From Hemiscyllium ocellatum (taxonomy: Eukaryota), in assembly GCF_020745735.1 (NCBI RefSeq), contig NC_083422.1:61504001-61568000 (forward strand): 64,000 bases of DNA. The letters are read 5' to 3'. Of this stretch, positions 12,111 through 23,902 are shown piece after piece. The notes beneath the pieces were generated by a model. That model worked only from the letters and a program-made list of their open reading frames with translations. It was not told the origin of the DNA and did no database searches. How positions within the stretch are numbered: position 1 is the stretch's first letter; the number at the start of each line of letters is the position of its first letter. Position numbers and translations under genes: made by a program.

Positions 12111-12689
12111 TCTCTATGACAGGACATGGGTGATTACCTTCAAACGTTATGTACAGAGACGGTTCAGAAAGGTCTAACGAAGCTCTGTGCACAAGCCTTT
12201 ACAGTACATTTAATCCTGTTAAAGTCAAGGTAAAGACTAGAGAGCTAAAATCCCCAGGAGCAAGGGAGGTGCTCAGGAGATTGGAGGGGGATGTGGATAT
12301 TGGGGGGCGGGGGGGGCTGAGAGGGTGAATATTGTTGGGGGTGCCATATCCCAGCAGCTGCCGTATCCCAGCATCAGACGTTCACTTTGTGCCCTGTGCC
12401 ACCATGTAGTTGGAGCGGGGAAACTCAGTCGTGTGGTGGTGGTGGACGGGGGCCTGAGAGGGTCTGAATGTTTGGTGAGGGAGGGGTTGAGTATTGTGTT
12501 GCGGGGGTGTGTGTGAACATTGTTGGGTGCTGAAGCCAATGCTGGAGAGCAACGTGTGAAGGGGATGCTGAGAATCTCAGAGGCACTGTCCCTCAAACAA
12601 GCTCATTCTGAGTCAGCGTACACCGCCACCACCCCCCCCCCCCAGTCCCTCCCCCCTCCACCCCCCCCCCGCCCACGGTCAATTCACCA

Positions 12690-12770
12690 TCGTCTGACTG
12701 GACCATGGCTCTGCTCTCCCACTGCAGAGAGAGAGGTAGAGAGAGACTGGTGGCGGTTTAACCCGAGGGG
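12690..12770 (-). mobile_element. 3' fragment of the tRNA-SINE family seen at 30826-31040
   Basis: gagagactggtggcggtttaacccgaggg is the reverse complement of a near match to ccctcaggttaaaccaccaccagt at 30965. Confidence 0.55.
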
Positions 12771-13278
12771 TACTCTCTCTGTCTCGGGGTACTCTCCCTG
12801 TCTCGGGGTACTTTCTCTGTCTCGGGGTACTCTCCCTGTCTCGGGGTACTCTCCCTGTTTCGGGGTACTCTCCCTGTCTCGGGGTACTCTCCCTGTTTCG
12901 GGGTACTCTCCCTGTCTCGGGGTACTTTCTCTGTCTCGGGGTACTCTCCCTGTCTCGGGGTACTCTCCCTGTTTCGGGGTACTCTCTCTGTCTCGAGGTA
13001 TTCTCTCTGTCTCGGGGTACTCTCCCTGTCTCGGGGTACTCTCTGTCATGTCTCGGAGTACTCTCTCTGTCTCGTAGTACTCTCTCTGTCTGGGGTACTC
13101 TCTCTGTCTCGGGGTACTCTCTCTGTTTCGGAGTACTCTCCCTGCCTCGGGGACTCTCTCTGTCTCGGAGTACTCTCTCTGTCTGGGGTACTCTCTCTGT
13201 CTCGGGGTACTCTCTCTGTTTCGGAGTACTCTCCCTGCCTCGGGGACTCTCTCTGTCTCGGGGTACTCTGTGTGTCTC
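12767..13278. repeat. 19-bp minisatellite (ctcggggtactctccctgt) x~27
   Basis: Directly visible tandem array with c/t variants. Confidence 0.95.
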
Positions 13279-13315
13279 AGAAATCTCAGGTCTCTCTTTT
13301 CTTTCGTGGTTTCAG

Positions 13316-13372
13316 CATCTCGTCACTAAGCAGTTAGTTTTGAATGAGGAGGCGAGATTCCTATTGCAGGAG
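13316..13372 (+). CDS. Candidate 57-bp internal coding exon (HLVTKQLVLNEEARFLLQE), gene unknown
   Basis: Strong acceptor tctctcttttctttcgtggtttcag and donor gag|gtaatt. Phase 0-0, and only this frame is open. No homology recognised. Confidence 0.3.
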
Positions 13373-14480
13373 GTAATTTGGAAAATTGTCAGTTTGTTCT
13401 CAATGATTTTTATAGTCCTTCAGTGAAAGTTCCAAAATAATCTCATCCTGCAGTAAGTAATTATTGTGCAGACAATGTCTGGAATACCACAGTCAGAACT
13501 TCTGTCCATTTACCAGCGTGAGGTGTCATCAACAAGATTAATGTCAGAATCAAGTATAAGTGATCTTGTCATCTTCCTTAAATCAACAAACAGGATTATC
13601 TTAAAGGTTCCAGCTCCCTCTCTACTTAAACAGGATCTGCTCAAGTGTGTTGAACATGACACTGAAGGCAGCAATTGAACTCAGCATCATCCAGCTCACC
13701 AGAGGCTAATTCTGAAATCGGTGGGCTCAGAATTAATCCCTTGTTATAGCTTCCTTGCGTGATAAGATCACAACCAGACAATTAGCCTTTCATGTGCTGG
13801 CACAGTGTAGTGATCCACAACATCAGGCCGCTGTGCTATTTTAGATTACTGAAAACAGTGTGTACCTAGCTGAGGGAGAAAGATAAAATGTAACAGTGTG
13901 AATGCTAAGGAGCAGGTTTTATTTTAAGTATATTACTGAGACTGTTGGAGTTCACTGTGAAAGAAAGTTCTGGAATCTAGCCCTATGCAGTTAAGCTCGA
14001 ACTTGGAGGTTATGTTCTGAGTCAGTCCTCACTGGTAGGCCCAGTAATCTCCGGTATATTCCTGTTAGATACAGAATGACCATGCCTGAAATGTTTCCAT
14101 CTAATCATACAGTCACAGAGGTCTCGACAGAGAAAATGGCCCTTTGAGTCTGTGCCAGTCAACTAACTAATCTATCCCATTAATTAGTCTAATTATCTAG
14201 TCCTGATGCATTCAGGTCTTGTGAATGTTTTATTATATCCTCAGTCATAAATATTACCAGAAGATCTAATTCTACAAGTGTGGACTATTACCCTTACAGA
14301 AACTAAACAGTGTTATAGATTTATTTTAAAATTTCAACTTTAAAAATCTTTATCTGGGTCTCTAATTCTTATGACCCTTGATCTAATGCTTCATTTGCAA
14401 TCTTTATTTTGCTTCCTGTGTATTCTTTACATCTAATCATGGATCTTTAGCTTGTGAGTGGAGCTAGTGAGCTTGACTTA

Positions 14481-14740
14481 GTGTGGAAACAAGCCATTCG
14501 ACCCAGACCCATTCCCCTATATTTACCCCTTCACCTAACACTACCGGCAATTTAGCATGGCCAATTCACCTAACCTGCGTATTTTTGGACTGTGGGAGGA
14601 AACCAGAGCACCCGGAGGAAACCCACACAGACACGGGGAGAATGTGCAAACTCCACACAGTCAGTCGCCTGAGGTGGGAATTGAACCTGGGTCCCTGGCG
14701 CTGTGAGGTAGCAGTTCTAGCCATTGAGCCACCGTGCTGC
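14481..14740 (-). mobile_element. HE1-type tRNA-derived SINE
   Basis: Reverse complement of the 41159-41473 family. tRNA A/B boxes at the right end, and the ggagtttgcacattctccccgtgtctg core is present. Confidence 0.9.
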
Positions 14741-15310
14741 AGATTCTCTTTTGTTCTGAGGTAGTCATTGTCTGACATCTGGGTGGTGTGAACATTAATT
14801 GCCAAAAAGCAAACCTGAGTATTGCCCAGGAGTTTTACATATGGGCATGAGCTGCTTCGGTATCTGAGAATGTACAAGTTCCATTGAACATTGTGTAATT
14901 GTTGATGAGCTTTCCCACTTCCTGCCTGGTCATGGAAGGAAGGTTTGAAGATGGCGATAATTTTACTTTGATCTGGAGTCACGCTGGAGCATACATTCCT
15001 TCTCTGTGTTCACCCTGACTTTCTGCAGCTTGTGTGAAGTAACATGGAGCGTGTGGAGGAAAGCCCAGTAAGATCGGGATCCTGCCCACCTGCCCTACCC
15101 CCACAACGGCCCTGCAATCCGAAATAAACAAAGGGAGGCCAGCATTTAGTCTTCAAGGGACAGTCACTCCTGGGTAATCCATGGGACTGTGTGTTGCTCT
15201 TTTAAGGTGAAAATTCCAGTTCCAACTTTCAGCTGTTTTTCCATCTCACCAGTTTGAACCTGGGCTGGAGTGACTGGACTGAATAACCAGAGGTTGTTTC
15301 TTCCTGAACT

Positions 15311-15430
15311 GTTCTGATGAAGGGTCACTGGATCCACAACATTAACGCTGCTTTCTCTCCACAGATGCTGCCAGAACTGCTGAGTTTCTCCAGTCTGTTC
15401 TGTTTGTCCGATTTCTAGTATCTGTGGTTT
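15311..15430 (+). mobile_element. Old Penelope pLTR relic with a hammerhead whose GAAA is lost
   Basis: gtt-CTGATGA-a-gggtc actg gatcc-acaacatt-aac, followed by cacagatgctgccagaactgctgagtttctccag. Confidence 0.55.
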
Positions 15431-15597
15431 GTTTTATTTTGTTGTTTCTTCCTTGGCATGTCTTGTATAGAGACAGGCAGCTGCAATGTCCCATCTTTCA
15501 TAGGTTTGCTGAACTGTTGTATTTGCTCAGCAGATGGTCATGAGTTTTGCTTCTTTCATCAATCTCTATATTGCAGAATTAGACTATCTATTTATAG

Positions 15598-15828
15598 GAG
15601 AAAGTGAGGACTGCAGATGCTGGAGATCAGAGCTGAAAATGTGTTGCCGGAAAAGCGCAGCAGGTCAGGCAGCATCCAAGGAACAGGAAATTCGACCTTT
15701 TGGGCATGAGCAGGTGGATAGGATAGTGAAGGCAGTGTTTGGTATGCCTTCCTTTATTGTTCAGAGTATTGAGTACAGGAGTTGGGAGGTGATGTTGCGG
15801 CTTATAGCATAAGGCCTTCTTCAGGAAT
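15598..15828 (-). mobile_element. Family C Penelope pLTR with a 99-bp CR1 piece (15708-15806) inside its hammerhead
   Basis: Reverse complement of 2950-3064. Flanked by atctatttatag (15586-15597) and atctattgatag (15827-15838). The insert encodes EQVDRIVKAVFGMPSFIVQSIEYRSWEVMLRL and is flanked by gcat/gcat. Confidence 0.75.
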
Positions 15829-17032
15829 CTATTGATAGCACAGCTACAGGAGAAGATATTTTACACGCAGTCTTTTTGATATTGGATGCTGATTCCAACT
15901 TAGATCAGCAGATCACTCCTCACAGGCTGCCAGACCTGCTGAGTTTCTCCAGTACTGTCTGCTTTTGTTTCAGGTCTCCAACATCCACCGTTTTGTTTTT
16001 GTTGTAGATCAACAGATCACTTCCTAGGCAGTTCGGAGAATTCCTGCTCTCCAAATCACGTCTACTTTTCCTTTTTATCTCTACTTAGTCACAGACAGTC
16101 AGCTTGTCTGTGCGTGAAGCCCTCCCTTTTGGATTGGTAAATGTAATTTGTGAGTCATATTACAGCAGAGGGTGATCATGCTTTATTGACAATTAGCTCT
16201 ATTGACAGAATGAAGGATTGTATTAGAAATCTGGAAATAGGGGAACTGCCTGCATAGTGCTGATATCTTCTGTGTCATCAGGTTAGCAGCTGGTAGAGTG
16301 GGCCATTGATTGGACTTGGTTAAATGCAGGGTTCCTTACTATTTCACACTTGTCTGATAGTGGGTCTCAGCCTGTTCGGGAGGAATCGGTTCTGACACAC
16401 TCCAATTCTCTCCTGGCCCAGTTTTAGCACCAGTTCCCCATCACACATTCATATCCCTCATCTGTTTGTCCCAACTTGTTAATGATTCAGGTAACAATCC
16501 TGATTTTATTTTAAAAAATGTATTTACTAACGACTACTTTAATTTATTTAACAAACTTCTGGTCCTCCCTGAACAGGATCTGTGATTGGTCATTTATATA
16601 AATGATTTAGGTGAGAATTTAGGAGGTATAGTTAGTATGTTTGCAGGTGACAGCAAAATTGGAGCTACAGTGAAGAAGGTTATCGGGGAATTTAGTGAGA
16701 TCTTGATCAACTGGGTCAGTGGGCTGAGGAATGGCAGGTGGAGTTTAATTTAGATAAATGCAAGGTGTTGCATTTTAAGTCCAATCAGGGCAGGACTTAG
16801 AATCATAGAATACCTACAGTGTGGAAACCAGCCCTTCGGCCCAACAAGTCCATACCAACCCTCCGAAGAGTAACCCACCCAGACCCATTCCCCTATTATT
16901 CTACGTTTTCCCCTGACTATTGCACCCTAACCTACACATCCCTGGACACTTCGGGCAATTTAGCATGGCCGATTCACCCTAATCTGCACATCTTTGGACT
17001 GTGGGAGGAAATTGGAGCACTCAGAAAACCCA

Positions 17033-17229
17033 GTTAAAAATCACACAACACCAGGTTATAGTCCAACAGATTTAATTGGAAACACACTAGCTTTCGGAGC
17101 AATGCTCCTTCATCAGGTGATAGTTGCTCCAAAAGCTAGTGTGCTTCCAATTAAACCTGTTGGACTATAATCTGGTGTTGTGATTTTTAACTTTGTACAC
17201 TCCAGTCCAACACCGGCATCTCCAAATCA
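17033..17229. mobile_element. Palindromic Penelope derivative (family A) with target-site duplication
   Basis: About 65-bp inverted arms gttaaaaatcacacaacaccaggttatagtccaacag... / ...ctgttggactataatctggtgttgtgatttttaac. tcagaaaaccca is duplicated at 17021-17032 and 17227-17238. Confidence 0.9.
17085..17119 (-). ncRNA. Intact minimal type I hammerhead ribozyme
   Basis: Minus strand reads CAC-CUGAUGA-A-GGAGC auu GCUCC-GAA-AGCU-A-GUG. Stem I is CAC/GUG, stem II is 5 bp, and stem III is the palindrome AGCU. Predicted cleavage after CUA. Confidence 0.8.
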
Positions 17230-17723
17230 GAAAACCCACACAGACACGGGGAAAATGTGCAAACTCCACATAGACAGGTGCCCAAGGCTGGAATTGAATC
17301 CAGGTCCCTGGCAGGTAGGGCTGTGGAGAGTGTTACAGAACAAAATATATCTCTGGGTACAGGTTGTAGCTCTTTGAAAATGGAGTAACAGGTAGACGGG
17401 GTGGTGAAGGTGACGCTCAGCATGCTAGCTTTCATCAGTCAGAGCACTGAGGAAAGGAGTTGGGACATTTTACTGCAGCTGTAAAAGATGTTGGTGAAGC
17501 CCCATTTGGGGTACTGCGTGGGGTTCTGGTCACCCTGCTATCGCAAAGATATTACTAAACTAGAAAAAGTGCAAAAAGACTTACTAGAATGCTACATGGA
17601 CTGGAAGTTTTGAGTTATAAGGAGAGATTGGACAGGCTGGGACATTATACAGTGGAGTGTAGGAGATTGTGGGATGACCTTCTAGAGGTTTATAAAAACA
17701 TGAGGGACATAGATAAGGTAGAT

Positions 17724-20075
17724 AGGAGACCAGAATTGCACGCAATATTCCAATAGTGCCCTAACCAATGTCCTGTACAGCCACAACATCACCTCCCCAA
17801 CTCCTGTACTCAATACTCTGACCAATAAAGGAAAGCATACCAAATGCCTTCTTCACTATCCTATCTACCTGCAACTCCACTTTCAAGGAGATATGAACCT
17901 GCACTCCAAGGTCTCTTTGTTCAGCAACACTCCCTAGGACCTTACCATTAAGTGTATAAGTCCTGCTAAGATTTGCTTTCCCAAAATGCAGCACCTCACA
18001 TTTATCTGAATTAAACTCCATCTGCCACTTCTCAGCCCATTGGCCCATCTGGTCCAGATCCTGTTGTAATCTGAGGTGGCCTTCTTCACTGTCCACTACA
18101 CCTCCAATTTTGGTGTCATCTGCAAACATACTAACTGTACCTCTTATGCTCGCATCCAAATCATTTATGTAAATGACAAAAAGTAGAGGACCCAGCACCA
18201 ATCCTTGTGGCACTCCACTGGTCACAGGCCTCCAGTCTGAAAAACAACCCTCCACCACCACCCTCTGTCTTCTACCTTTGAGCCAGTTCTGTATCCAAAT
18301 GGCTAGTTCTCCCTGTATTCCATGAGATCTAACCTTGCTAATCAGTCTCCCATGGGGAACTTTATCAAACACCTTACCGAAGTCCATATGGATCACATCT
18401 ACCACTCTGCCCTCATCAATTCTCTTTGTTACTTCCTCAAAAAACTAAATCAAGTTTGTGAGACATGATTTCCCATGCACAAAGGCATATTGACTATCCC
18501 TAATCAGTCCTTGCCTTTCCAAATACTTGTACATCCTGTCCCTCAGGATTCACTCCAACAACTTGCCTATCACCGTGGTCAGGCTCACTGGTCTATAGTT
18601 CCCTGGCTTGTCATTATCGCCCTTCTTAAACAGTGGCACCATGTTAGCCAACCTCTAGCCTTCTGGCACCTCACCTGTGACTATCGATGATATAAATATC
18701 TCAGTAAGAGGCCCAGCAATCACTTCTCTAGCTTCCCACAGAGTTCTAGGCTCCACCTGATCAAGTCCGGGGGATTTATCCAACTTTACCCATTTCAAGA
18801 CATCCAGCATTTCCTCCTCTAATATGGATGTTTTGCAAGATGTCACCATCTATTTCCCTACAGTCTATATCTTCTATATCCTTTTCCACAGTAAATACTG
18901 ATGCAAAATATTCATTTAGTATCTCCCCCATTTTCTGTGGCTCCACACAAAGGCCACCTTGCTGATCTTTGAGGGGCCCTATTCTCTCCCTAGTTACCCT
19001 TTTGTCCTTAATGTATTTGTAAAACTCTTTGGATTCTCCTTAATTCTATTTGCCAAAGCTATCTCATGTCCCCTTTTTGCCCTCCTGATTTCCCTCTTAA
19101 GTATACTCCTACTGCCTTTATACTCTTCTAGGAATTCACTCGATCTATCCTGTCTATACCTGACATATGCTTCCTTCTTTTTCTTAACCAAACCCTCAAT
19201 TTCTCGGGTCATCCAGCATTCCCTATACCTACCAGCCTTCCCTTTCACCCTAACAGGAATATACTTTCTCTGGATTCTCGTTATCTCATTTCTGAAGGCT
19301 TCCCACTTTCCAGCCATCCCTTTACCTGCGAACATCTGCCTCCAATCAGCTTTTGAAAGTTCTTGCCTAATACGGTCAAAATTGACCATTCTCCAATTTA
19401 GAACTTCAACTTTTAGATCTGATCTATCCTTTTCCATCACTATTTTAAATCTAATAGAATTATGGTTGCTGGTCCCAAAGTGCTCCCCCACTGACACCTC
19501 AGTCACCTGTCCTGCCTTATTTCCCAAGAGTAGGTCAGGTTTTGCACCTTCGCTAGTAGGTACATCCACATACTGAATCAGAAAATTGTCATGTACACAC
19601 TTAACAAATTCCTCTCCATCTAAACCCTTAACACTATGGCAGTCCCAGTCTATGTTTGGAAAGTTAAAATCCCCTACCAAAACCACCCTATTATTCTTAC
19701 AGATAGCTGAGATCTCCCACTGACTATTAGTGGGTCTATAATACAATCTCAATAAGGTTATCATCCCTTTCTTATTTCTCGGTTCCATCCAAATAACTTC
19801 CCTGGATGTATTTCCGGGAATATCCTCTCTCAGCACAGCTGTAATGCTATCCCTTCTCAAAACGCCACTCCCCCATCTCCCTTCCCTCCCTTTCTATCCT
19901 TCCTGTAGTATTTGTATCCTGGAACATTAAGCTGCCAGTCCTGCCCATCCCTGAGCCATGTTTCTGTAATTGCTATAATATCCCAGTCCCATGTTTCTAA
20001 CGATGCCCTGAGTTCATCTGCCTTCCCTGTTAGGCCCCTTGCATTGAAATAAATGCAGTTTAATTTTAGTCCTAC
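17724..20075 (-). mobile_element. CR1 LINE ORF2 (APE endonuclease + RT), frameshifted and 3'-truncated
   Basis: ORFs 19857-20243 (LNCIYFNARGL...DIIAITETWL), 18994-19860 (VLVGDFNFPNIDW...DLLLGN...SNHNSIRF), 18655-18849 and 17761-18405 (MDFGKVFDKVPHGRL...GVPQGLVLGPLLFVIYINDLD...FADDTKIGG). Confidence 0.95.
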
Positions 20076-20569
20076 CTTGACTCCATCTGTCTGTCTCTGT
20101 ACCAGTCTCAGATTTGTACAGCTACAATTTTTTCCCATCCTCCATCTTGGATTACCCAGAATCCAGGTGGAGGAGAGTACAACTTTCCCATTTAGACATA
20201 TACATGGATGGGCTAGGTATGGAGGGATATGGACCAAACACAAGCAAATGGGACAGGTTTAAATTGAGAAAACTGGGTATCATGCTCTCCCACTTTCTCT
20301 GTATTATCCTTCCAAGTCAATCCCTCAGTCGAGCAGTAAGTTGCTAACATTCCATGCTTCATCCAGTGTGCAGTGGATGTTATCTGTCCGTGTAATTGTT
20401 GAACCTCTGTAACCATTACATTACATCTACCGTCCTGCCCCAAGAGCTGGGGTCAGTAAGTTGGATATCCATCCAACTGCCTGCATTTAACCACAATGAC
20501 CAAGTATATTTTCAGGAATATATTTCTGTTACTAACATCAACATAATGATTCTGTTACTAAACACCACA

Positions 20570-20790
20570 TCCAGAGACCCAGTCTATTTTTTGTGGAATT
20601 TAAATTCAGTTAATTAATTGAAGAAACCTGTAATAAAAAACTGGTATTAATAATGGTGATCTTGAAACAATGGTACCAGATTGATGGTAAAATATCTATC
20701 TCATTCATTCACTGTCTGTGGGGCAGGAAAGCTGTTGTCCTTACCCAATCTGGCTGTCATGTGACCCAGACCCACAGTAATATAGTTGAT
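20570..20790 (+). mobile_element. Fragment of a SINE family that shares its 3' end with the CR1-clade LINE at 5970-7435
   Basis: ggaaagctgttgtccttacccaatctggctgtcatgtgacccagacccacagtaa. Related copies at 28430-28580 (-), 37925-38170 and 40590-40790. Confidence 0.55.
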
Positions 20791-21719
20791 TCCTGTCAAA
20801 CAGCTAATCAAGACCCTGTACAGTATTTTGGAGCCTTGGTGCTCACCAGCACACTCTTGGTGTCAGTGATGTGTGGAGGATTTCGTCCAAAAGCTCGCGT
20901 CCTGTCAATGAGTAACACATATGTGCTGGAACCAATCAGTATCTGTGGATCTTCATCCCAAGCTCCGCCTCACCACCTACAGACCTGGAGTTACATTAAC
21001 CCCATCTCTTGGTGAGATGTGAAGGAGCATCAGAACATTGTCCAAACCTTTTTCTCCTGCCCTCACTGCACTGTAATGCAAGGCAGACACATCTGATTTT
21101 AGACCCATCTAAGCTCCACAATCATTGTATATAACATTGGTTTCTGATTATTTTGAGCTTCAAGGCTAATTTAAAAAGTTAGTTAATCTATTGATGTCAT
21201 GTGGGTCTTGGAGGACGTTTGAGGTGAGTTATTTTATGGAAGAAAAACAGCCAGAATCTGAAGACATGCAAAGTAACTGTTTCCACGCCAGCGACATATA
21301 AGGTCAAAATGGCTGCTGCTCGCTATCAAGTATTTCCATCATCACATAAGGATTGCATCATCAATGAAGTATCTGTTTATGTACACGTTCAACAATGAAT
21401 CCCTTTATAGACATAAACACAACCACAACCACCATATATCATTCAAGGGCTCCTATAATTCTCTCATTGTTCCTCCTGACAGTCACTTTCAAAGCTTCAG
21501 GTTGTGGTGCTGGTTAGCTCAGTTGGCTGGACTGTGATGTAGAGTCATGCCAACAGCAGGGGGAAGATGATAGCCTCGTGATATTATCAATGGATTCTTA
21601 ATCCAATCACTCGGGTAACTTCTGAGGATCTGGGTTCAGTTCCTAACACAGCAGGTGATGGAATTTGACATCAGTAAAAGCAAATTGGAATTGAGTATGT
21701 AACGATGACCAGAGGGTCA

Positions 21720-22035
21720 ATGCTGAGATGGTGTTTTCCCGCATGGGACAGTCTAGGAGCAGAGGGCACAGTCTCAGAATAAAGGGGCACCAGTTCCAGA
21801 CTGAGATCGGGAGGAATTTCTTCTCTCAAAGGGTTGTGAGTCTTTGAAGTTCCTTGTTACAGAGAGCTGTATAATATCCAGAGATTATTGATCTTTTGTG
21901 GAATCAAGGGATTACAGGGAAAGGGCAGGAAGGTGAATGTGAGGAAAGTCAGATCAGTCATGATCCTGTTGAATGGTGGAGCAGGTTCGAAGGGCAGAAT
22001 GGCCTCCTCCTGCTCCTATTTCTTATGGGTCTTAT
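21720..22035 (+). mobile_element. CR1 3' end
   Basis: gtctaggagcagagggcacagtctcagaataaagggg...aggaatttcttctctcaaagggttgtgagtctttg...gaatggcctcctcctgctcctatttcttatg. Confidence 0.8.
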
Positions 22036-23367
22036 GGAAAAACAGAAAGCCCTGGAAATGTTCCAGCAATCAGGAATGTCCAGCGGGACATGAAGAAGTG
22101 TGAATATCTCAATCTGTCAGCACTGGGAAACGTTAGAGTCAGCCAGACAAGCTCAGAGACAGAGAGAGGGAGAGGAGAAACTGAAAGGAAACAGTGATCC
22201 AGGTGAAGGCAGGATAGATGAAGTGATAAAGGGGAGTACAGTGTAAGGCCAAAGTACTGGGATAAAAGATAGATGGAGAGGAAGCGAAAGCAGAATCCTC
22301 ACCAACAACTGTTATCCAAAGAGAAGGAGGCTGAGATTACAATCTGAGGTTACTAATACCAGTGTTGGGGGTGGAAATCTATGGGAGCAGCTCATTGAAT
22401 CAGTGTGGGGCTGTTGGAAATGGGCAAAGTCTTCTCTGTTGTGAATGTTAGAGTGTAAAGTGGGGACATGGGGAACTCTATCAGGGTCCTGAGCAGTGAA
22501 GGGTAGGGCTGAAGAGGTACTGAGCCAATCGGGAGAAGCAGAAACGTATTCCATAAACTCTGGAAATGTGAGATACAGCGTATTTTCATGAGGCATTTTA
22601 CAGCCTTTTAGACTCAGCCTTGGGTTTACTCATTGAGAGATCGGAACGACTGCTCCTTTTGTTTAGGGCAGTGATCTTCAGGGATCCTTTTCCCATTCAC
22701 ACCTCCATCTCGGTGCAATCGTCCAGCAGGAAATGGAGTCTTGTTCCAATCCCGAAACTGGAACAGGGTCCAAGGTCAGTCCATTGGGATTTATAAACCA
22801 TCGAGGCATGGGAGCGGGTTCACTCTCTGAGGGGGAGCTCCCAGCCCTAGAGGGGCTGAAGGGAAACACATTGGCAGCCTCAGTGGATGAGGCAGGGGAC
22901 TATTGAAGTGAACACGGAGACAGTGAGGGGCAAATGAAGGTTAGTTGTGTTTCCTCCTTTGGGAAGGACAGGTTCTGGGTTGTGGTCAGAGCAGGGACCT
23001 GCTGGCTCTGTCTACGATGGGCTATCTCCAGCTCCATCATGCCCTTCCCTAGCTCTGAGAACATCATGTGACCCCAAACCATGTTGGCACCAGGAAATTC
23101 TGGTCAGAGTGGGAACCAGAGTGAATGACTGAGGTGGATTTTAGGGCACTGTCCACTACTGTAATGGAACTTTTGAGAAGGTAAGGGGCAATTCTGCCCT
23201 GCTAGTTTCAATGTTGGTTTGTTGCCAGTGTCTCCCCCCTCCCCCCAGCTGTTGTAAACGAGGGCAGTCGAGAGTCTGATAAGGGACACCATCCAATGAT
23301 TGTAACTTTCAGGGTCCGATGATGCCATTTTCAGTGCCCAGGGCAATGTCACAGGGACACACTGACA

Positions 23368-23430
23368 TGGTGGGGGGCGGGGGGGGTGGGGGGGGGGAGG
23401 TGGGGGGGGAGGTGGGCGGGGGTGGGGGGC
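23368..23430 (+). repeat. G-run tract (potential G-quadruplex)
   Basis: Eight or more runs of at least 3 G within about 60 bp. Confidence 0.8.
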
Positions 23431-23432
23431 TT

Positions 23433-23770
23433 GGAATCCCTACAGAATGATACATTCTCTACAGTATGGAAACAGGCCCTGCAGTCCAACATGTCCACAC
23501 TGAAGAGTAACCCACCCAGACCCATTCCCCTCCCCTATTACGCTACATTTACCCCTTACTGATTCACCTAACCCACACATCCCTGAACAGTATGGGCAAT
23601 TTAGCACGGCCAATTCACTTAATCTGCACATCTTTGTGACTGTGGGAGGAAACCCACGCAGACACGGGGAGAATATACAAACTCAACACAGACAGTTTCC
23701 CAAGGCTGGTATTGAACCTGGGTCCTTGGTGCTGTGAGGCAGCAGTGCTAACCACTGAGCCACTATGCCG
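23433..23770 (-). mobile_element. HE1-type SINE
   Basis: Reverse complement begins ggcatagtggctcagtggttagcactgctgcctcacagc (A box) and contains ggttcaatacc (B box). Confidence 0.9.
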
Positions 23771-23902
23771 GGTCCATGCAAACTGGGGGGGCGGTGGGGG
23801 ATTGCCGCCCACTCAGTGGCACATCCCGGATTGCAAGCTGCCAGGATGACCATTCACCTGTGTTTCCAATCTTCGATTCCCACACTTGAGGCAGTCTCTA
23901 TA

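Larger units (their letters stand above)
16798..17311 (-). mobile_element. HE1-type SINE interrupted by a palindromic Penelope derivative
   Basis: Tail tagaatcatagaat, body as at 14481-14740, split at 17033-17226. Confidence 0.85.
16570..17720 (+). mobile_element. Decayed CR1 RT fragment interrupted by an HE1 SINE
   Basis: VIYINDL...MFAGDSKIG...WAEEWQVEFNLDKCKVLHF up to 16797. Resumes at ~17312 with QVDGVVK...KPHLGYCVGFWSPCYRKD. A matching 3' end lies at ~20190-20285. Confidence 0.8.

Noticed and set aside
20653-21015. 120-aa plus-strand ORF
   Set aside because: The first half is SINE-derived, there is no recognisable domain, and it conflicts with an equally weak minus-strand exon candidate.
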